Shown in pieces: positions 1 to 9,094 of a stretch of 32,000 nt of DNA. Made by a program: the position numbers and the translations under genes. The notes below the pieces were generated by a model that worked only from the letters and a program-made list of their open reading frames with translations, was not told the origin of the DNA and did not search any database. Position 1 is the first letter of the stretch, and each line of letters opens with the position of its first letter. This stretch comes from an archaeon (GTDB lineage: Archaea; Iainarchaeota; Iainarchaeia; Iainarchaeales; JANQMZ01), in contig JANQMZ010000007.1 of NCBI GenBank assembly GCA_028279805.1, positions 270,001 to 302,000 of the forward strand, written 5' to 3'.

Positions 1-1
1 A

Positions 2-1927
2 ATACTCGCATTAATTTCAGCCGGAGTTCTGGCTTTTATTGTTGTTGGAAAAGACCATGGCAATGAAAAAATTCAGGAATTGTCAACAGCAATCAGGGAA
101 GGAGCATTTGCTTATTTGAAAAAACAGTATTCAATGCTCGCCGTTTTTGTTGTTTTGGTTGCAATAGTTTTATGGCAGGTTTTGGGCAATGAAGCTTTGG
201 CTGTAAATTTTGTTTTGGGAGCAATCGCTTCCACTCTTGCAGGTTTTGTGGGAATGAATATTGCCACACTGGCTAATGCTAGGACTACTCAGGCTGCAAC
301 AGTAAAACTTGAAGAAGCTTTAAGGGTTGCATTTTTTTCAGGAGCAGTACTGGGATTGTTTGCTGTTGGAATAGGATTACTGGGAATAAATTTATTGTAT
401 GATTTTTTTGGTTCAACTGAATTAATTTTTGGTTTTGCTTTCGGAGCAAGTTCAGTTGCATTGTTTGCAAGAGTCGGCGGAGGAATTTACACAAAAGCAG
501 CGGATGTTGGGGCAGACTTGGTTGGAAAAGTTGAAGCTGGAATTCCGGAAGATGATCCAAGGAACCCAGCGGTTATTGCTGACGCTGTAGGGGATAATGT
601 TGGTGATGTTGCCGGAATGGGAGCAGACTTGTTTGAAAGTTATGTCGGGAGTATTATTGCTGCAATGGCTTTAGGAGTTTTAGCTTTTGGTTCAGAGGGA
701 TTGTTTTTGCCGATGATTATTGCAAGCATCGGAATTGTCTCATCAGTTTTAGGAATTTTATATTTTAATTTTTTCAGAGGAAAAAACATTGGTTCTTCTT
801 TAAGAAACGGAACAATTGTTGCAGCTGCATTAGTTGCATTTTCAACTTATTATTTTATAACAGAGTTTACCGGAATTGACATTGGAGTATTTTATTCAAT
901 TATTTCAGGTTTGATTGCGGGTTTATTGATTGGTTTTATTACTGAGTATTATACTTCACATGATTTTAATCCGACAAGGTTTTTGTCAAAAAGTTCTGAA
1001 ACTGGTTCGGCTACAAACATTATTGCAGGATTAAGCTTGGGAAGCAAATCAACTGCTTTGCCAATACTTGTAATTGGTTTGGCTACTTGGACTGCTTTTC
1101 ATTTCGGAGGAGTTTATGGAATTGCTTTGGCAGGAGTTGGAATGCTGTCAACTCTGGGAATAACATTGGCTGTTGATGCTTATGGTCCGGTTGCGGATAA
1201 TGCAGGCGGATTATCTGAAATGGCAGGATTGGGTAAAAAGATTAGAAGCAGGACAGATGCTTTGGATGCAGCCGGTAATACTACTGCTGCTATTGGCAAA
1301 GGTTTTGCAATTGGTTCAGCTGCGTTAACTGCTTTGGCTTTATTTAATGCTTACGCTGCTACAACTGCAATTGAAGCAATTAATATTTTGAATCCGACTG
1401 TGATAATTGGCTTGTTAATCGGTGCAATGCTGCCTTATTTGTTTGCAAATTTTGCAATGTCGGCGGTTGGACAGGCAGCAGAGGAAATGATTTTAGAAGT
1501 TCGAAGACAATTTAAACAAATTAAAGGCTTAATGAAAGGCAAAGCAAAGCCTGATTATAAAAGATGTGTTGAAATTTCAACCAATGCAGCATTAAAAAGA
1601 ATGATTGCTCCGGGTTTGCTGGCAATATTTTCACCATTGGTGTTCGGTTTATTGTTAGGACCGGAAGCTGTTGGTGGCTTGCTGGCAGGAGCTCTTGCTT
1701 CAGGAGTAGTTCTTGCAATAATGATGGCTAATGCCGGCGGAGCATGGGATAATGCCAAGAAATATATTGAGTCAGGTAATTTCGGAGGCAAAGGTTCAGA
1801 TGCTCATAAAGCAGCTGTTGTTGGAGATACAGTTGGGGACCCTTTTAAAGATACTGCAGGGCCAAGCTTAAACATTCTCATTAAACTGATGAGTATTGTT
1901 TCAGTTGTTTTTGCAGTGTTATTTTAA
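2..1927 (+). CDS. hppA: Membrane-bound pyrophosphatase (K+-dependent type), 5' end outside window
   Basis: The frame is open to the window edge. In-frame residues upstream of the track's TTG at 80 ([27 protein letters not shown]) continue a typical N-terminus. Motifs seen: [57 protein letters not shown] (Ala at the K+-dependence position) and [10 protein letters not shown]. Confidence 0.95.
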   Translation: MLALISAGVLAFIVVGKDHGNEKIQELSTAIREGAFAYLKKQYSMLAVFVVLVAIVLWQVLGNEALAVNFVLGAIASTLAGFVGMNIATLANARTTQAATVKLEEALRVAFFSGAVLGLFAVGIGLLGINLLYDFFGSTELIFGFAFGASSVALFARVGGGIYTKAADVGADLVGKVEAGIPEDDPRNPAVIADAVGDNVGDVAGMGADLFESYVGSIIAAMALGVLAFGSEGLFLPMIIASIGIVSSVLGILYFNFFRGKNIGSSLRNGTIVAAALVAFSTYYFITEFTGIDIGVFYSIISGLIAGLLIGFITEYYTSHDFNPTRFLSKSSETGSATNIIAGLSLGSKSTALPILVIGLATWTAFHFGGVYGIALAGVGMLSTLGITLAVDAYGPVADNAGGLSEMAGLGKKIRSRTDALDAAGNTTAAIGKGFAIGSAALTALALFNAYAATTAIEAINILNPTVIIGLLIGAMLPYLFANFAMSAVGQAAEEMILEVRRQFKQIKGLMKGKAKPDYKRCVEISTNAALKRMIAPGLLAIFSPLVFGLLLGPEAVGGLLAGALASGVVLAIMMANAGGAWDNAKKYIESGNFGGKGSDAHKAAVVGDTVGDPFKDTAGPSLNILIKLMSIVSVVFAVLF

Positions 1928-1951
1928 AAAAAATTACAAGAGGTGACAATT

Positions 1952-2113
1952 TTGGCAGAAGACAGATTTGGCAGAGAAATGCATAAAACAACTTGTTCTG
2001 ACTGTGGTCAGGAAACAGAAGTTCCATTCAAACCAGATGGAGAAAGACCGGTTTATTGCAAAGACTGTTATGAAAAACACAAAAAACCATTTAAGAGAAA
2101 TGACAACTTTTAA
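1952..2113 (+). CDS. Small zinc-ribbon protein (CxxC-x20-CxxC), absent from the ORF track because it is under 60 aa
   Basis: Possible starts are TTG at 1952, 5 nt after an AGGTGA Shine-Dalgarno-like site (1941-1946), or ATG at 1979. Translation: (L)AEDRFGREMHKTTCSDCGQETEVPFKPDGERPVYCKDCYEKHKKPFKRNDNF. This resembles the CxxC_20_CxxC small-protein family common in CPR/DPANN genomes. Confidence 0.7.
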   Translation: MAEDRFGREMHKTTCSDCGQETEVPFKPDGERPVYCKDCYEKHKKPFKRNDNF

Positions 2114-2160
2114 TGCACATTAATCAGTTTATTATTTTCTTAAACTTAATTTTCTAATTC

Positions 2161-2175
2161 TTTTTTTTTATTTTT
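2161..2175 (+). terminator. Oligo-T tract, candidate archaeal terminator after hppA and the zinc-ribbon ORF
   Basis: T9-A-T5 run about 48 nt after the stop at 2113. Archaeal termination typically uses oligo-T stretches. AT-rich background lowers specificity. Confidence 0.3.
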
Positions 2176-2262
2176 AAAATGAAGCGGAAGCAAGAACATC
2201 TGTTTTTGACGAATTTTTTTGCAATTAATTAAATTTAATTAAAAGGTTTTCCGTTCCATTTT

Positions 2263-3240
2263 TTGCTAAAAACTGTTTTTTGGTGTGAGAGTTTGGGAAA
2301 CATTTTGGTAACAGGTTCGTCAGGGCAAATCGGAACAGATTTAACCGAAGCTTTGGCTAAAAAATTCGGAAAAGAAAAAATAATCGGAGCAGATAGAAAA
2401 GAACCCAAAAACAGGAATGATTTGGGAAAGTTTGAGAAAACAGATGTTACCCGTAAAGAAAATCTTGAAAAACTTGTAAAAGAAAATAATGTTGAAACAA
2501 TTTATGATCTGGCTTCATTGTTATCAGCAACCGGTGAAAAAAAACCGGATTTGGCATGGTTTGTTAACATTAGTGCTTTGAAAAATTCTCTTGATTTGGC
2601 AAGAGAAAATTCAATAAAAGTTTTCTGGCCAAGTTCAATTGCTGTTTTTGGCCCTTCAACTCCGAAACAAAATACGCCTCAGCAGACAATTCTGGAACCT
2701 AATACAATGTATGGCATTACAAAAGTTTCAGGCGAATTATTGTGCAATTATTATTTTAAAAAATATAATGTAGATGTTCGAAGCATAAGGTATCCTGGCT
2801 TGATTAGTTATAAAACTGAAGCAGGCGGGGGTACAACAGATTATGCTGTTGAAATTTTTTATGAAGCTTTAAAAAACAAAAAATATGAATGTTTTTTAAA
2901 AGAAGATTCAACGCTGCCAATGATGTATATGCCTGATGCAATCAACGGAACAATTAAGTTAATGGAAACAGATGAAAAAAATATTAAAACAAGATTGGGT
3001 TATAACATATCTTCACTGAGCTTTTCACCTGAAGAAATTGCAAATGAAATTAAAAAGCATATTCCTGAATTTGAATGCTCATATAAGCCGGATGAAAGGC
3101 AGAGAATAGCTGATTCCTGGCCGCAGTCAATTGATGATTCAAAAGCAAGAGAAGACTGGAACTGGAAACCGGAATATGATTTGGAGAAAATGACTGTTGA
3201 CATGCTTGAAAAGCTTAAAATAAAATTGGGTGTAAAATAG
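2263..3240 (+). CDS. tdh: L-threonine 3-dehydrogenase, extended-SDR / epimerase type
   Basis: N-terminal Rossmann motif ILVTGSSGQIGTDL and catalytic YGITK (YxxxK). It lies directly upstream of kbl with a 2-nt gap. There is no in-frame ATG. The true start is more likely TTG 2293, preceded by GGTGTGAGAG, than TTG 2263. Confidence 0.8.
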   Translation: MLKTVFWCESLGNILVTGSSGQIGTDLTEALAKKFGKEKIIGADRKEPKNRNDLGKFEKTDVTRKENLEKLVKENNVETIYDLASLLSATGEKKPDLAWFVNISALKNSLDLARENSIKVFWPSSIAVFGPSTPKQNTPQQTILEPNTMYGITKVSGELLCNYYFKKYNVDVRSIRYPGLISYKTEAGGGTTDYAVEIFYEALKNKKYECFLKEDSTLPMMYMPDAINGTIKLMETDEKNIKTRLGYNISSLSFSPEEIANEIKKHIPEFECSYKPDERQRIADSWPQSIDDSKAREDWNWKPEYDLEKMTVDMLEKLKIKLGVK

Positions 3241-3242
3241 TT

Positions 3243-4424
3243 ATGGCAAAAGCTGATGAATTTTTAGGAAAAGAAGTTTCAAGACTAAAAAAAGAACATT
3301 TAAACTGGACTTTGAGGGAATTACAGTCATCTTCAAAACCTCATGCAAAAGTTGATGGTAAAGATGTTCTGATGCTGTGCACTAACAATTACCTTGGTTT
3401 TAGTACTCACCCAAAAATAATTAAAGCAATGGTTGATGCAACGGAAAAATGGGGTGCGGGAGCGGGAGCTGTTCCGGTTTTATCTGGCAGAACCTCTTTA
3501 CAAATTGAATTTGAAGAAAAACTTGCAAAGTTTAAGGAAGTGGAAGCAACCTTGTTGTGCCAGACAGGTTTTGCTGTTAACTCAGGATTGATTCCACAAA
3601 TTGTTGGACAAGGTGATTTGGTTATATCGGATCAGTTAAATCACGGCAGCATTATTGACGGAGTAAGATTAACAAAAGCGGACAGAGGAATTTATGCTCA
3701 TAACGATATGAATGAATTGGAAAAAGTTTTAAAGGAAAATAAAGGCAAGCATAAAACAACTTTGATTATAACCGACGGAGTTTTTTCAATGGATGGGGAT
3801 ATTGCTCCTTTGGATGAAATTGTAAAACTGGCTGAAGAATTTAATGCAATGGTAATGGTTGACGATTGCCATGGAGAAGGGGTCATGGGGAAAGGCAAAG
3901 GAGTTGTTGCTCATTTTGGTTTGCAGGGAAAAGTTCACATTGAAGGCGGTTCTTTGGGAAAAGCTTTTGGAGTAATGGGTGGCACTATTGCAGGTTCAAA
4001 GGATTTGATTGAATTTGCTTATAATAAATCACGGACATGGTTGTTGAGCACCGCGCATCCACCCGGAATGGTTGCAGCTTGCATTGCAGCCGTTGATGTT
4101 TTGGAATCAGAGCCGGAGCATGTGGAAAATTTGTGGAACAACACTAATTATTTTAAAAAACAGCTTGACAGCCTTGGTTTTAATACCGGCAACAGCCAGA
4201 CACCAATTATTCCCATTATTACCGGTGACCCGGGTTCAGCACAGGAATTTGGAAAAATTTTAATGGAAAAAGAAAATATTTTTGTTACTCCAATTGTTTA
4301 TCCGATGGTTGCAAAAGAATTGTCAAGGTTAAGGGTTCAAATGCATGCTTTGCTGACAAGAGAAGATTTGGATAAAGCACTTGAAGCAATTGAAAGAATT
4401 GGCAAAAAATTAAAAGTCATTTAA
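3243..4424 (+). CDS. kbl: 2-amino-3-ketobutyrate CoA ligase (glycine C-acetyltransferase), PLP-dependent
   Basis: Alpha-oxoamine synthase motifs: NNYLGF, DQLNHGSIIDG, GVFSMDGDIAPL, DDCHG and the PLP-lysine motif SLGKAFG. It forms the classic pairing with tdh. Confidence 0.9.
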   Translation: MAKADEFLGKEVSRLKKEHLNWTLRELQSSSKPHAKVDGKDVLMLCTNNYLGFSTHPKIIKAMVDATEKWGAGAGAVPVLSGRTSLQIEFEEKLAKFKEVEATLLCQTGFAVNSGLIPQIVGQGDLVISDQLNHGSIIDGVRLTKADRGIYAHNDMNELEKVLKENKGKHKTTLIITDGVFSMDGDIAPLDEIVKLAEEFNAMVMVDDCHGEGVMGKGKGVVAHFGLQGKVHIEGGSLGKAFGVMGGTIAGSKDLIEFAYNKSRTWLLSTAHPPGMVAACIAAVDVLESEPEHVENLWNNTNYFKKQLDSLGFNTGNSQTPIIPIITGDPGSAQEFGKILMEKENIFVTPIVYPMVAKELSRLRVQMHALLTREDLDKALEAIERIGKKLKVI

Positions 4425-4525
4425 ATGCATTTCAAAGCTGTTTTAACCTAAAAAAAACCTTATTATTAACTTTTTAACGAGATTAAACAAAAATTTAATA
4501 AGTTATCAGAATACAATAATATATC

Positions 4526-4732
4526 ATGGTTTTCAAAAGCAATGTGTGGAGAGTTTTCACAGGAGTTACTTTAATTGTACTTGCAGTGTTTTTCCTGTTA
4601 AGCGGTTTAAGATGGTTAAAATTTCCTTTCATAAATGTTGAAACGGATACACTTATTTCATTTGTTTTGATTGTATTGGGAATGGCAGTACTTTATTCAG
4701 GAATTGCCGGAGAAAATGGGGAAGACCATTAA
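4526..4732 (+). CDS. Small two-helix membrane protein, unknown function
   Basis: The 68-aa ORF has two hydrophobic segments (VFTGVTLIVLAVFFLLSGL and LISFVLIVLGMAVLYSGIA). An AT-rich TATA-like region lies upstream. No family was recognised. Confidence 0.4.
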   Translation: MVFKSNVWRVFTGVTLIVLAVFFLLSGLRWLKFPFINVETDTLISFVLIVLGMAVLYSGIAGENGEDH

Positions 4733-5206
4733 CTATTTTTGTTTTAGTTCCCCGAAATAATCTAAAAATTTTTTAGTTGTTTTTAAAATATATGTTCTGC
4801 CATATTTTTGCCTTGAAATAAATCCTTTTTCAAGAAGTTCTTTTACATGGTCATAAGCTTTTGTGTTTCTATATTTTACAACTTTTGACTGAATTATGGG
4901 TTGCTTGTATGAAATTAAAGCAAGAGTTTTCTGAACTCCTTTGTTTAAATCTGATTCGGCCGCAAAATGATTAACTTTTCCCTGCAGTTCAGGTTTAACT
5001 CTCATTGAAAAAGAATCATTTTCCCTGTCAATAATTATTTCCAGGCCTGAATTTTTTTCAACATAATCATTTTTTAATTCTTTTAACAGTGAAATAATTT
5101 CAATTCTTTCCATAATGCCTGTTGTTTCCTTTAATTCTTTTAAAGTCAAAGAACCTGAAGCCATAAAAAGTGAAGCTTCCAAAACCTGTTTTTCATTTGA
5201 AGACAT
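4733..5206 (-). CDS. scpB: Segregation and condensation protein B
   Basis: The N-terminal EASLFMASGSLTLKELKETTG matches the ScpB ALLF..G.PLS..EL signature. Size and winged-helix pattern are consistent. Confidence 0.7.
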   Translation of the reverse strand: MSSNEKQVLEASLFMASGSLTLKELKETTGIMERIEIISLLKELKNDYVEKNSGLEIIIDRENDSFSMRVKPELQGKVNHFAAESDLNKGVQKTLALISYKQPIIQSKVVKYRNTKAYDHVKELLEKGFISRQKYGRTYILKTTKKFLDYFGELKQK

Positions 5207-5233
5207 GTAAACACTATTAAGGAAAAAAATTGT

Positions 5234-5464
5234 TTAAATTAGTTTCTTTCCCTTCTCATCCAGCACATGAATCACATTAACGGGGCAGTTTTTTGCCGCC
5301 TCCATGTTTGAATCAAAATCATTTTCATTAATTTCTTTTTTTTTAAACTGTGCCTGTCCGTCCTCTTCCATAAACCAGTTTTCAGGGCATAAAACAGGGC
5401 AGGTGCCGCATCCAATGCAACCCGGCCTGTCATATTCAATTTTGTGTTTTGACAAGAAAATCAC
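5234..5464 (-). CDS. Single-cluster 4Fe-4S ferredoxin
   Basis: CIGCGTCPVLCP plus a distal AAKNCPVNVI motif in a 76-aa acidic protein. Its start lies 3 nt after the stop of the upstream flavoprotein gene. Confidence 0.8.
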   Translation of the reverse strand: MIFLSKHKIEYDRPGCIGCGTCPVLCPENWFMEEDGQAQFKKKEINENDFDSNMEAAKNCPVNVIHVLDEKGKKLI

Positions 5465-5467
5465 GGT

Positions 5468-6208
5468 TTAATATTTTTCAACATGAATTTTTTCAGGTTT
5501 AAAGCCCAATTCTTTGAATAATTCAGATGTTTCTTCAACAGCTGCAGGAATTCCGCATGCATAACAATGTGCCTCGTTTCCTGCTTCAAATTTTGTTTTT
5601 TTAATAATGTGCTGAATGAATCCTTTTTCTCCCTGCCAGTCTGAATCGTTTTTGTCTCCGCAACAAGGATAAAAATGAAAATTTGGCCAAGATTTTTCTA
5701 AAGCGTTTAATTCTTCTCCGTATAAAAATTGTTTTGAATTTCTAAAACCAAAAAACAAATGAACCGGTTTTGAAAAATTTCCTTCTTTTAACAATCTTAA
5801 CATTGAAATAAATGGGGCAATGCCTGTTCCTGTTGCGGAAAAAATATATTCTTTTACTTCTTCTTCAGCCAAATTAAATCTGCCATATGGTCCTTTTACA
5901 ATTAATTCTGAACCCACTTTAACATTTTTGTTAACATAATCGCTTAAGCCGCCTGGTTTTTCAATTCTTAAGCATAATTCGATTATGTTTTTTTCTTTCG
6001 GGGAAGAACACATTGAATAAGCTGCAAATCTTAACTGGTCGGGCTTGTTTCTGTCCATAAAACCCGGCGGGGCAAGCATTATGAATTGCCCTGCTTTGAA
6101 TTCAAAGTCTTCATTGTGTTTCAATATTAAAATTTTTGCAATTCCTCCCTCGTCGTCTTTGTATTCTTTTATTTTTTCAACTGTGCAGGAAAATTCTTTA
6201 ATGTTCAT
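5468..6208 (-). CDS. FAD/NAD(P)-binding oxidoreductase of the ferredoxin-NADP reductase family
   Basis: Motifs: GQFIML, an RxYS-type motif (FAAYSMCS), GTGIAPFISM and a C-terminal YACGIPA. The start is taken at MNIKEF (6208) because the track's longer start (6253) overlaps the upstream gene. Confidence 0.75.
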   Translation of the reverse strand: MNIKEFSCTVEKIKEYKDDEGGIAKILILKHNEDFEFKAGQFIMLAPPGFMDRNKPDQLRFAAYSMCSSPKEKNIIELCLRIEKPGGLSDYVNKNVKVGSELIVKGPYGRFNLAEEEVKEYIFSATGTGIAPFISMLRLLKEGNFSKPVHLFFGFRNSKQFLYGEELNALEKSWPNFHFYPCCGDKNDSDWQGEKGFIQHIIKKTKFEAGNEAHCYACGIPAAVEETSELFKELGFKPEKIHVEKY

Positions 6209-6227
6209 TAAATCACAAAAAATAGAA

Positions 6228-6449
6228 TTATTTACTGTATTCTTCTTCAACAAAAGAGTTTAAGTCTTTTAATAATTTTTCAATTGTTTCATTGTCCATG
6301 CCGTGGCCTTTTGCTCCGCCTTCAATGGATTCGTGGAATCCAAAATGACAACCGAAACAATGCAAGCCATATTCTGCCATAACGTCAGCTGTTTTTGGAT
6401 ATTCTCCAACCATTTTGGCAACAATCGTATCCTTAGTTATTTCAGCCAT
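6228..6449 (-). CDS. DUF1858-domain protein (hybrid-cluster-protein-associated redox disulfide type)
   Basis: Contains YGLHCFGCHFGFHESIEGGAKGHGMDNETIEKLLKDLN. The start is taken at MAEITKD (6449). It is a paralogue of the N-domain of the 7768-8340 gene. Confidence 0.7.
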   Translation of the reverse strand: MAEITKDTIVAKMVGEYPKTADVMAEYGLHCFGCHFGFHESIEGGAKGHGMDNETIEKLLKDLNSFVEEEYSK

Positions 6450-6509
6450 ATAATCAATAATATTTGATGTTTTAAGCAATTAAAAACTTTTCCGTGCAAT
6501 CATTGAAGT

Positions 6510-7031
6510 ATGAAAATTTATACAAAAAAAGGAGATTCGGGAAAAACAAGTTTTGGAATAAAAAGAGTTCCAAAAAATTGCATTGAAGTTAAAGCTTTGG
6601 GAAACGTTGATGAACTGGATGCTTTAATTGGTTTGGCTGTTTCAAAAAAATTAAGTCAAAAAAATGAAGGTTTAGCATTGAAAATCCAAAATGACTTGCA
6701 TAGAATTACTGCTGAATTGGTTGGACTGGGAAAAAAAGGCTCAGAAATTCAGGAAAAAGACATTAAATTTCTTGAAGAAACAATTGATTCATTTGAATTG
6801 CCGGAATTAACAAAATTTATTTTGCCAGGCGGTTCAGAGCAGGGAGCATTATTGCATTTGTGCAGGGCTGTTTCAAGAAAAACAGAACGTTCAATTTTGG
6901 ATGCTGAAAAAAATATTAAAATTTCAAAAGAATTAAAGGCTTATGTTAACAGGTTAAGTGATTTGTTTTTTTCAATGGCCCGGTTTGAAAATTTAGAAAA
7001 TGGTTTTGAAGAAAAAAATCCCGATTATTAA
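6510..7031 (+). CDS. pduO: ATP:cob(I)alamin adenosyltransferase, PduO/MMAB type
   Basis: N-terminal MKIYTKKGDSGKTS matches the IYTKTGDKGETSL signature. Also seen: LPGGS..GALLHLCRAV.R..ER and a C-terminal NRLSDLFF. Confidence 0.85.
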   Translation: MKIYTKKGDSGKTSFGIKRVPKNCIEVKALGNVDELDALIGLAVSKKLSQKNEGLALKIQNDLHRITAELVGLGKKGSEIQEKDIKFLEETIDSFELPELTKFILPGGSEQGALLHLCRAVSRKTERSILDAEKNIKISKELKAYVNRLSDLFFSMARFENLENGFEEKNPDY

Positions 7032-7729
7032 ATTACAATAAAACCGGAGTTTTGCAGTAAGAAAATTATTGTAGCATACAAAAATGCTCCGCTTAAAAAG
7101 AAAGTCAGGCTGCCTTTTTGTTCTTTTGGCAGATAATCTTTTATTATAACGTAAAGCATTACTCCGACAACAAAAGCCAAAACCATGTCATAAAATTTTA
7201 AAAACTCAACAAAAATAGAAGCTAAAACCATTCCGATTAAAACATGTGAAGATAAAAGAATCTTCAAAGGAAAATGTCCCTTAACGCCCTCATCCAATGT
7301 TTCAAAAGACAAAGAACCAAAAGCAGTATTCAACCAGACCGGAAAAAACAATAACAAAACCATTGAATTGCTGATTAAAGAAAATTCAAACAAAACAATT
7401 CCCAAAGCAATATAATAAATAAAAAAAGCAATTGAATGAGCCTGTTTTAATTCTCTAAATAATCTTTCAGGCCGGGCGTGACTGTAAATATGCTTTTCAA
7501 TAACATGAAAAACAATAAAGCCAAACAATACAATAAAAAATAACTGGTTATGAAAAATTGAAGCAGTTGTACTGATAAGCAAAGGCAGCAATCCTAAAAA
7601 AATGTAGGAAATTGTTACGCCTGAAGCAAAAGAAATTAATTCATTCCTTAAAGGGTTCAATCTTGTTAAAACTATTTCTCCAAAAAAATGAGTTAAGCCT
7701 AAAACAAGCCCCAACCAGTATACAAACAT
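7028..7729 (-). CDS. Polytopic membrane protein, family not recognised (possible metal transporter)
   Basis: About 7-8 hydrophobic helices and a His-containing segment (FHVIEKHIYSH). ZIP motifs HNxPEG are absent. Its stop overlaps the pduO stop in a shared TTAA. Confidence 0.5.
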   Translation of the reverse strand: MFVYWLGLVLGLTHFFGEIVLTRLNPLRNELISFASGVTISYIFLGLLPLLISTTASIFHNQLFFIVLFGFIVFHVIEKHIYSHARPERLFRELKQAHSIAFFIYYIALGIVLFEFSLISNSMVLLLFFPVWLNTAFGSLSFETLDEGVKGHFPLKILLSSHVLIGMVLASIFVEFLKFYDMVLAFVVGVMLYVIIKDYLPKEQKGSLTFFLSGAFLYATIIFLLQNSGFIVI

Positions 7730-7767
7730 GGCAAATTATAGAATTTTTTTATTATTAAAAGTTTTGA

Positions 7768-8340
7768 TTATTTGAAAGATTTGCCGCAGCCACAGCTTGC
7801 GCTTGCATTTGGGTTGGAAATCTTAAAACCGGATTCGTTTAAAGTGTCCAAATAATCGATTCTTATTCCCTGCAATTGTTCCAATTTGTCTTTTGGAATG
7901 AAAACTTTTATTCCTTCAATCTCAAATTCCTTGTCTTCAGGTTCTTTTTTTTCTTTTAAATCCAGCAAATAATGCATTCCCGCACAGCCGCCCGGAGCAG
8001 CATCAATTCTTAATCCGGCGCCGTTCTCTGAATTTTTTTGAATTAAATCTTTTAATTTTTCAACCGCTCTCGGAGTCAAATCAATGTCTTTTTGTTCTGC
8101 CGGTTCTTCTTTTTGTTTTTTTGCAGCCAGATTATTCAAATCTTTTAACAAATCATTAATTGTTTTTTCATCCATTCCGTGAGCCATTGCCCCGGCCTCA
8201 ATTGATTCAAACGGATTGACATGGCATCCGACGCAATGCAATCCATAACTTAGCATTACTTCAACGCTGTCAGGATATTTTTGAACCAGGTCACCAATAA
8301 TCATGTCCCCTTTGATTAATTGTTTTTGTTCTGTTTCCAT
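7768..8340 (-). CDS. DUF1858 domain fused to an IscA/HesB-type Fe-S assembly domain
   Basis: The N-domain contains YGLHCVGCHVNPFESIEAGAMAHGMDEKTINDLLKDLN. After a Lys/Glu linker comes GLRIDAAPGGCAGMHY...NPNASASCGCGKSF, the IscA Cys triad. The start is taken at METEQ (8340). Confidence 0.75.
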   Translation of the reverse strand: METEQKQLIKGDMIIGDLVQKYPDSVEVMLSYGLHCVGCHVNPFESIEAGAMAHGMDEKTINDLLKDLNNLAAKKQKEEPAEQKDIDLTPRAVEKLKDLIQKNSENGAGLRIDAAPGGCAGMHYLLDLKEKKEPEDKEFEIEGIKVFIPKDKLEQLQGIRIDYLDTLNESGFKISNPNASASCGCGKSFK

Positions 8341-8370
8341 AAACTTACACAAGTATTGCTTCAAAACAAG

Positions 8371-8378
8371 TATTTAAA
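8371..8378 (-). promoter_or_regulatory. TATA-box candidate for the DUF1858-IscA gene
   Basis: The minus strand reads TTTAAATA 31-38 nt upstream of ATG 8340. This is the only sizeable gap (45 nt) in the minus-strand gene run. Confidence 0.35.
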
Positions 8379-8385
8379 CCTAATG

Positions 8386-9084
8386 TTAAGGATTTTTTCT
8401 TTCTACAATTTCAGGACCATGTTCTTCAATGAACCGCATAGCCTGATCACACAAAACATTAATAGTGCGGGCAATATTAATTTTTTCATTACTTTTTTCA
8501 GTTCTGTAAAATGCTTCAGTGAAAAGCTCAATTAAAGCTACATGTTTTTCAATTGAATTAAGGCTTAGGCTTATTGATATTGCTTCAAATCTTCTTGAAA
8601 CACCAGTATTATGTAAAGAGGGCACAACTTCCCAGAAAACTCTTTCAACAGTTTCAAGATCTTCTCTCAAAGCGTCATTCAAATAATCAAAGTCTCTTTG
8701 CCTGTCCGGCTTTGCTTCAGACGGTTTTTCGATTTCAACTCCAGAATGCCTTTTACTTTTTATACCCATTCCCAATTCTTTTTCAACATGCGCAGACAAC
8801 ATTTTAATTAACCTGAACAAATCAAAAATTTCATTATTTTCCCGGGCATGATACAAAGCTTCATTGCAAATTTTAATTAATCCCATATTTTCTTCCAGAA
8901 TAGACAAATGCTTGTTTTGCTCAAGTGCTTTTAATTTTCGAATTGTTTCAGAATTAACCAGTGATGGAAATTTTTCAGCATTTTCAAATTCTTTTCTGAG
9001 AAGAAATGCAGTAAATTTACCAAATCCGGTATATTCTGGATTATCGGATCTTCTTCGCTTAGGAGTTGTTCTTTTTTGACGCAT
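8386..9084 (-). CDS. Uncharacterised helical protein A (232 aa) with basic N-tail, member of a tandem paralogue trio
   Basis: The start is taken at MRQKRTTPKRRR (9084). The track's 9150 start would overlap the upstream gene. Contains KFPSL, then IKICNEAL 27 aa later, and ends VERKNP. Confidence 0.7.
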   Translation of the reverse strand: MRQKRTTPKRRRSDNPEYTGFGKFTAFLLRKEFENAEKFPSLVNSETIRKLKALEQNKHLSILEENMGLIKICNEALYHARENNEIFDLFRLIKMLSAHVEKELGMGIKSKRHSGVEIEKPSEAKPDRQRDFDYLNDALREDLETVERVFWEVVPSLHNTGVSRRFEAISISLSLNSIEKHVALIELFTEAFYRTEKSNEKINIARTINVLCDQAMRFIEEHGPEIVERKNP

Positions 9085-9094
9085 AACAAAAACC

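Noticed and set aside
285-1791. Minus-strand ORFs 285-560, 1521-1718 and 1555-1791 inside hppA
   Set aside because: They are antisense shadows of a confidently identified gene. Their products are low-complexity (Leu/Gln/Pro-rich) with no motifs.
2179-2232. 17-aa mini-ORF (MKRKQEHLFLTNFFAIN) between the zinc-ribbon ORF and tdh
   Set aside because: It is too short, has no ribosome-binding context, and overlaps the AT palindrome. It is most likely noise.
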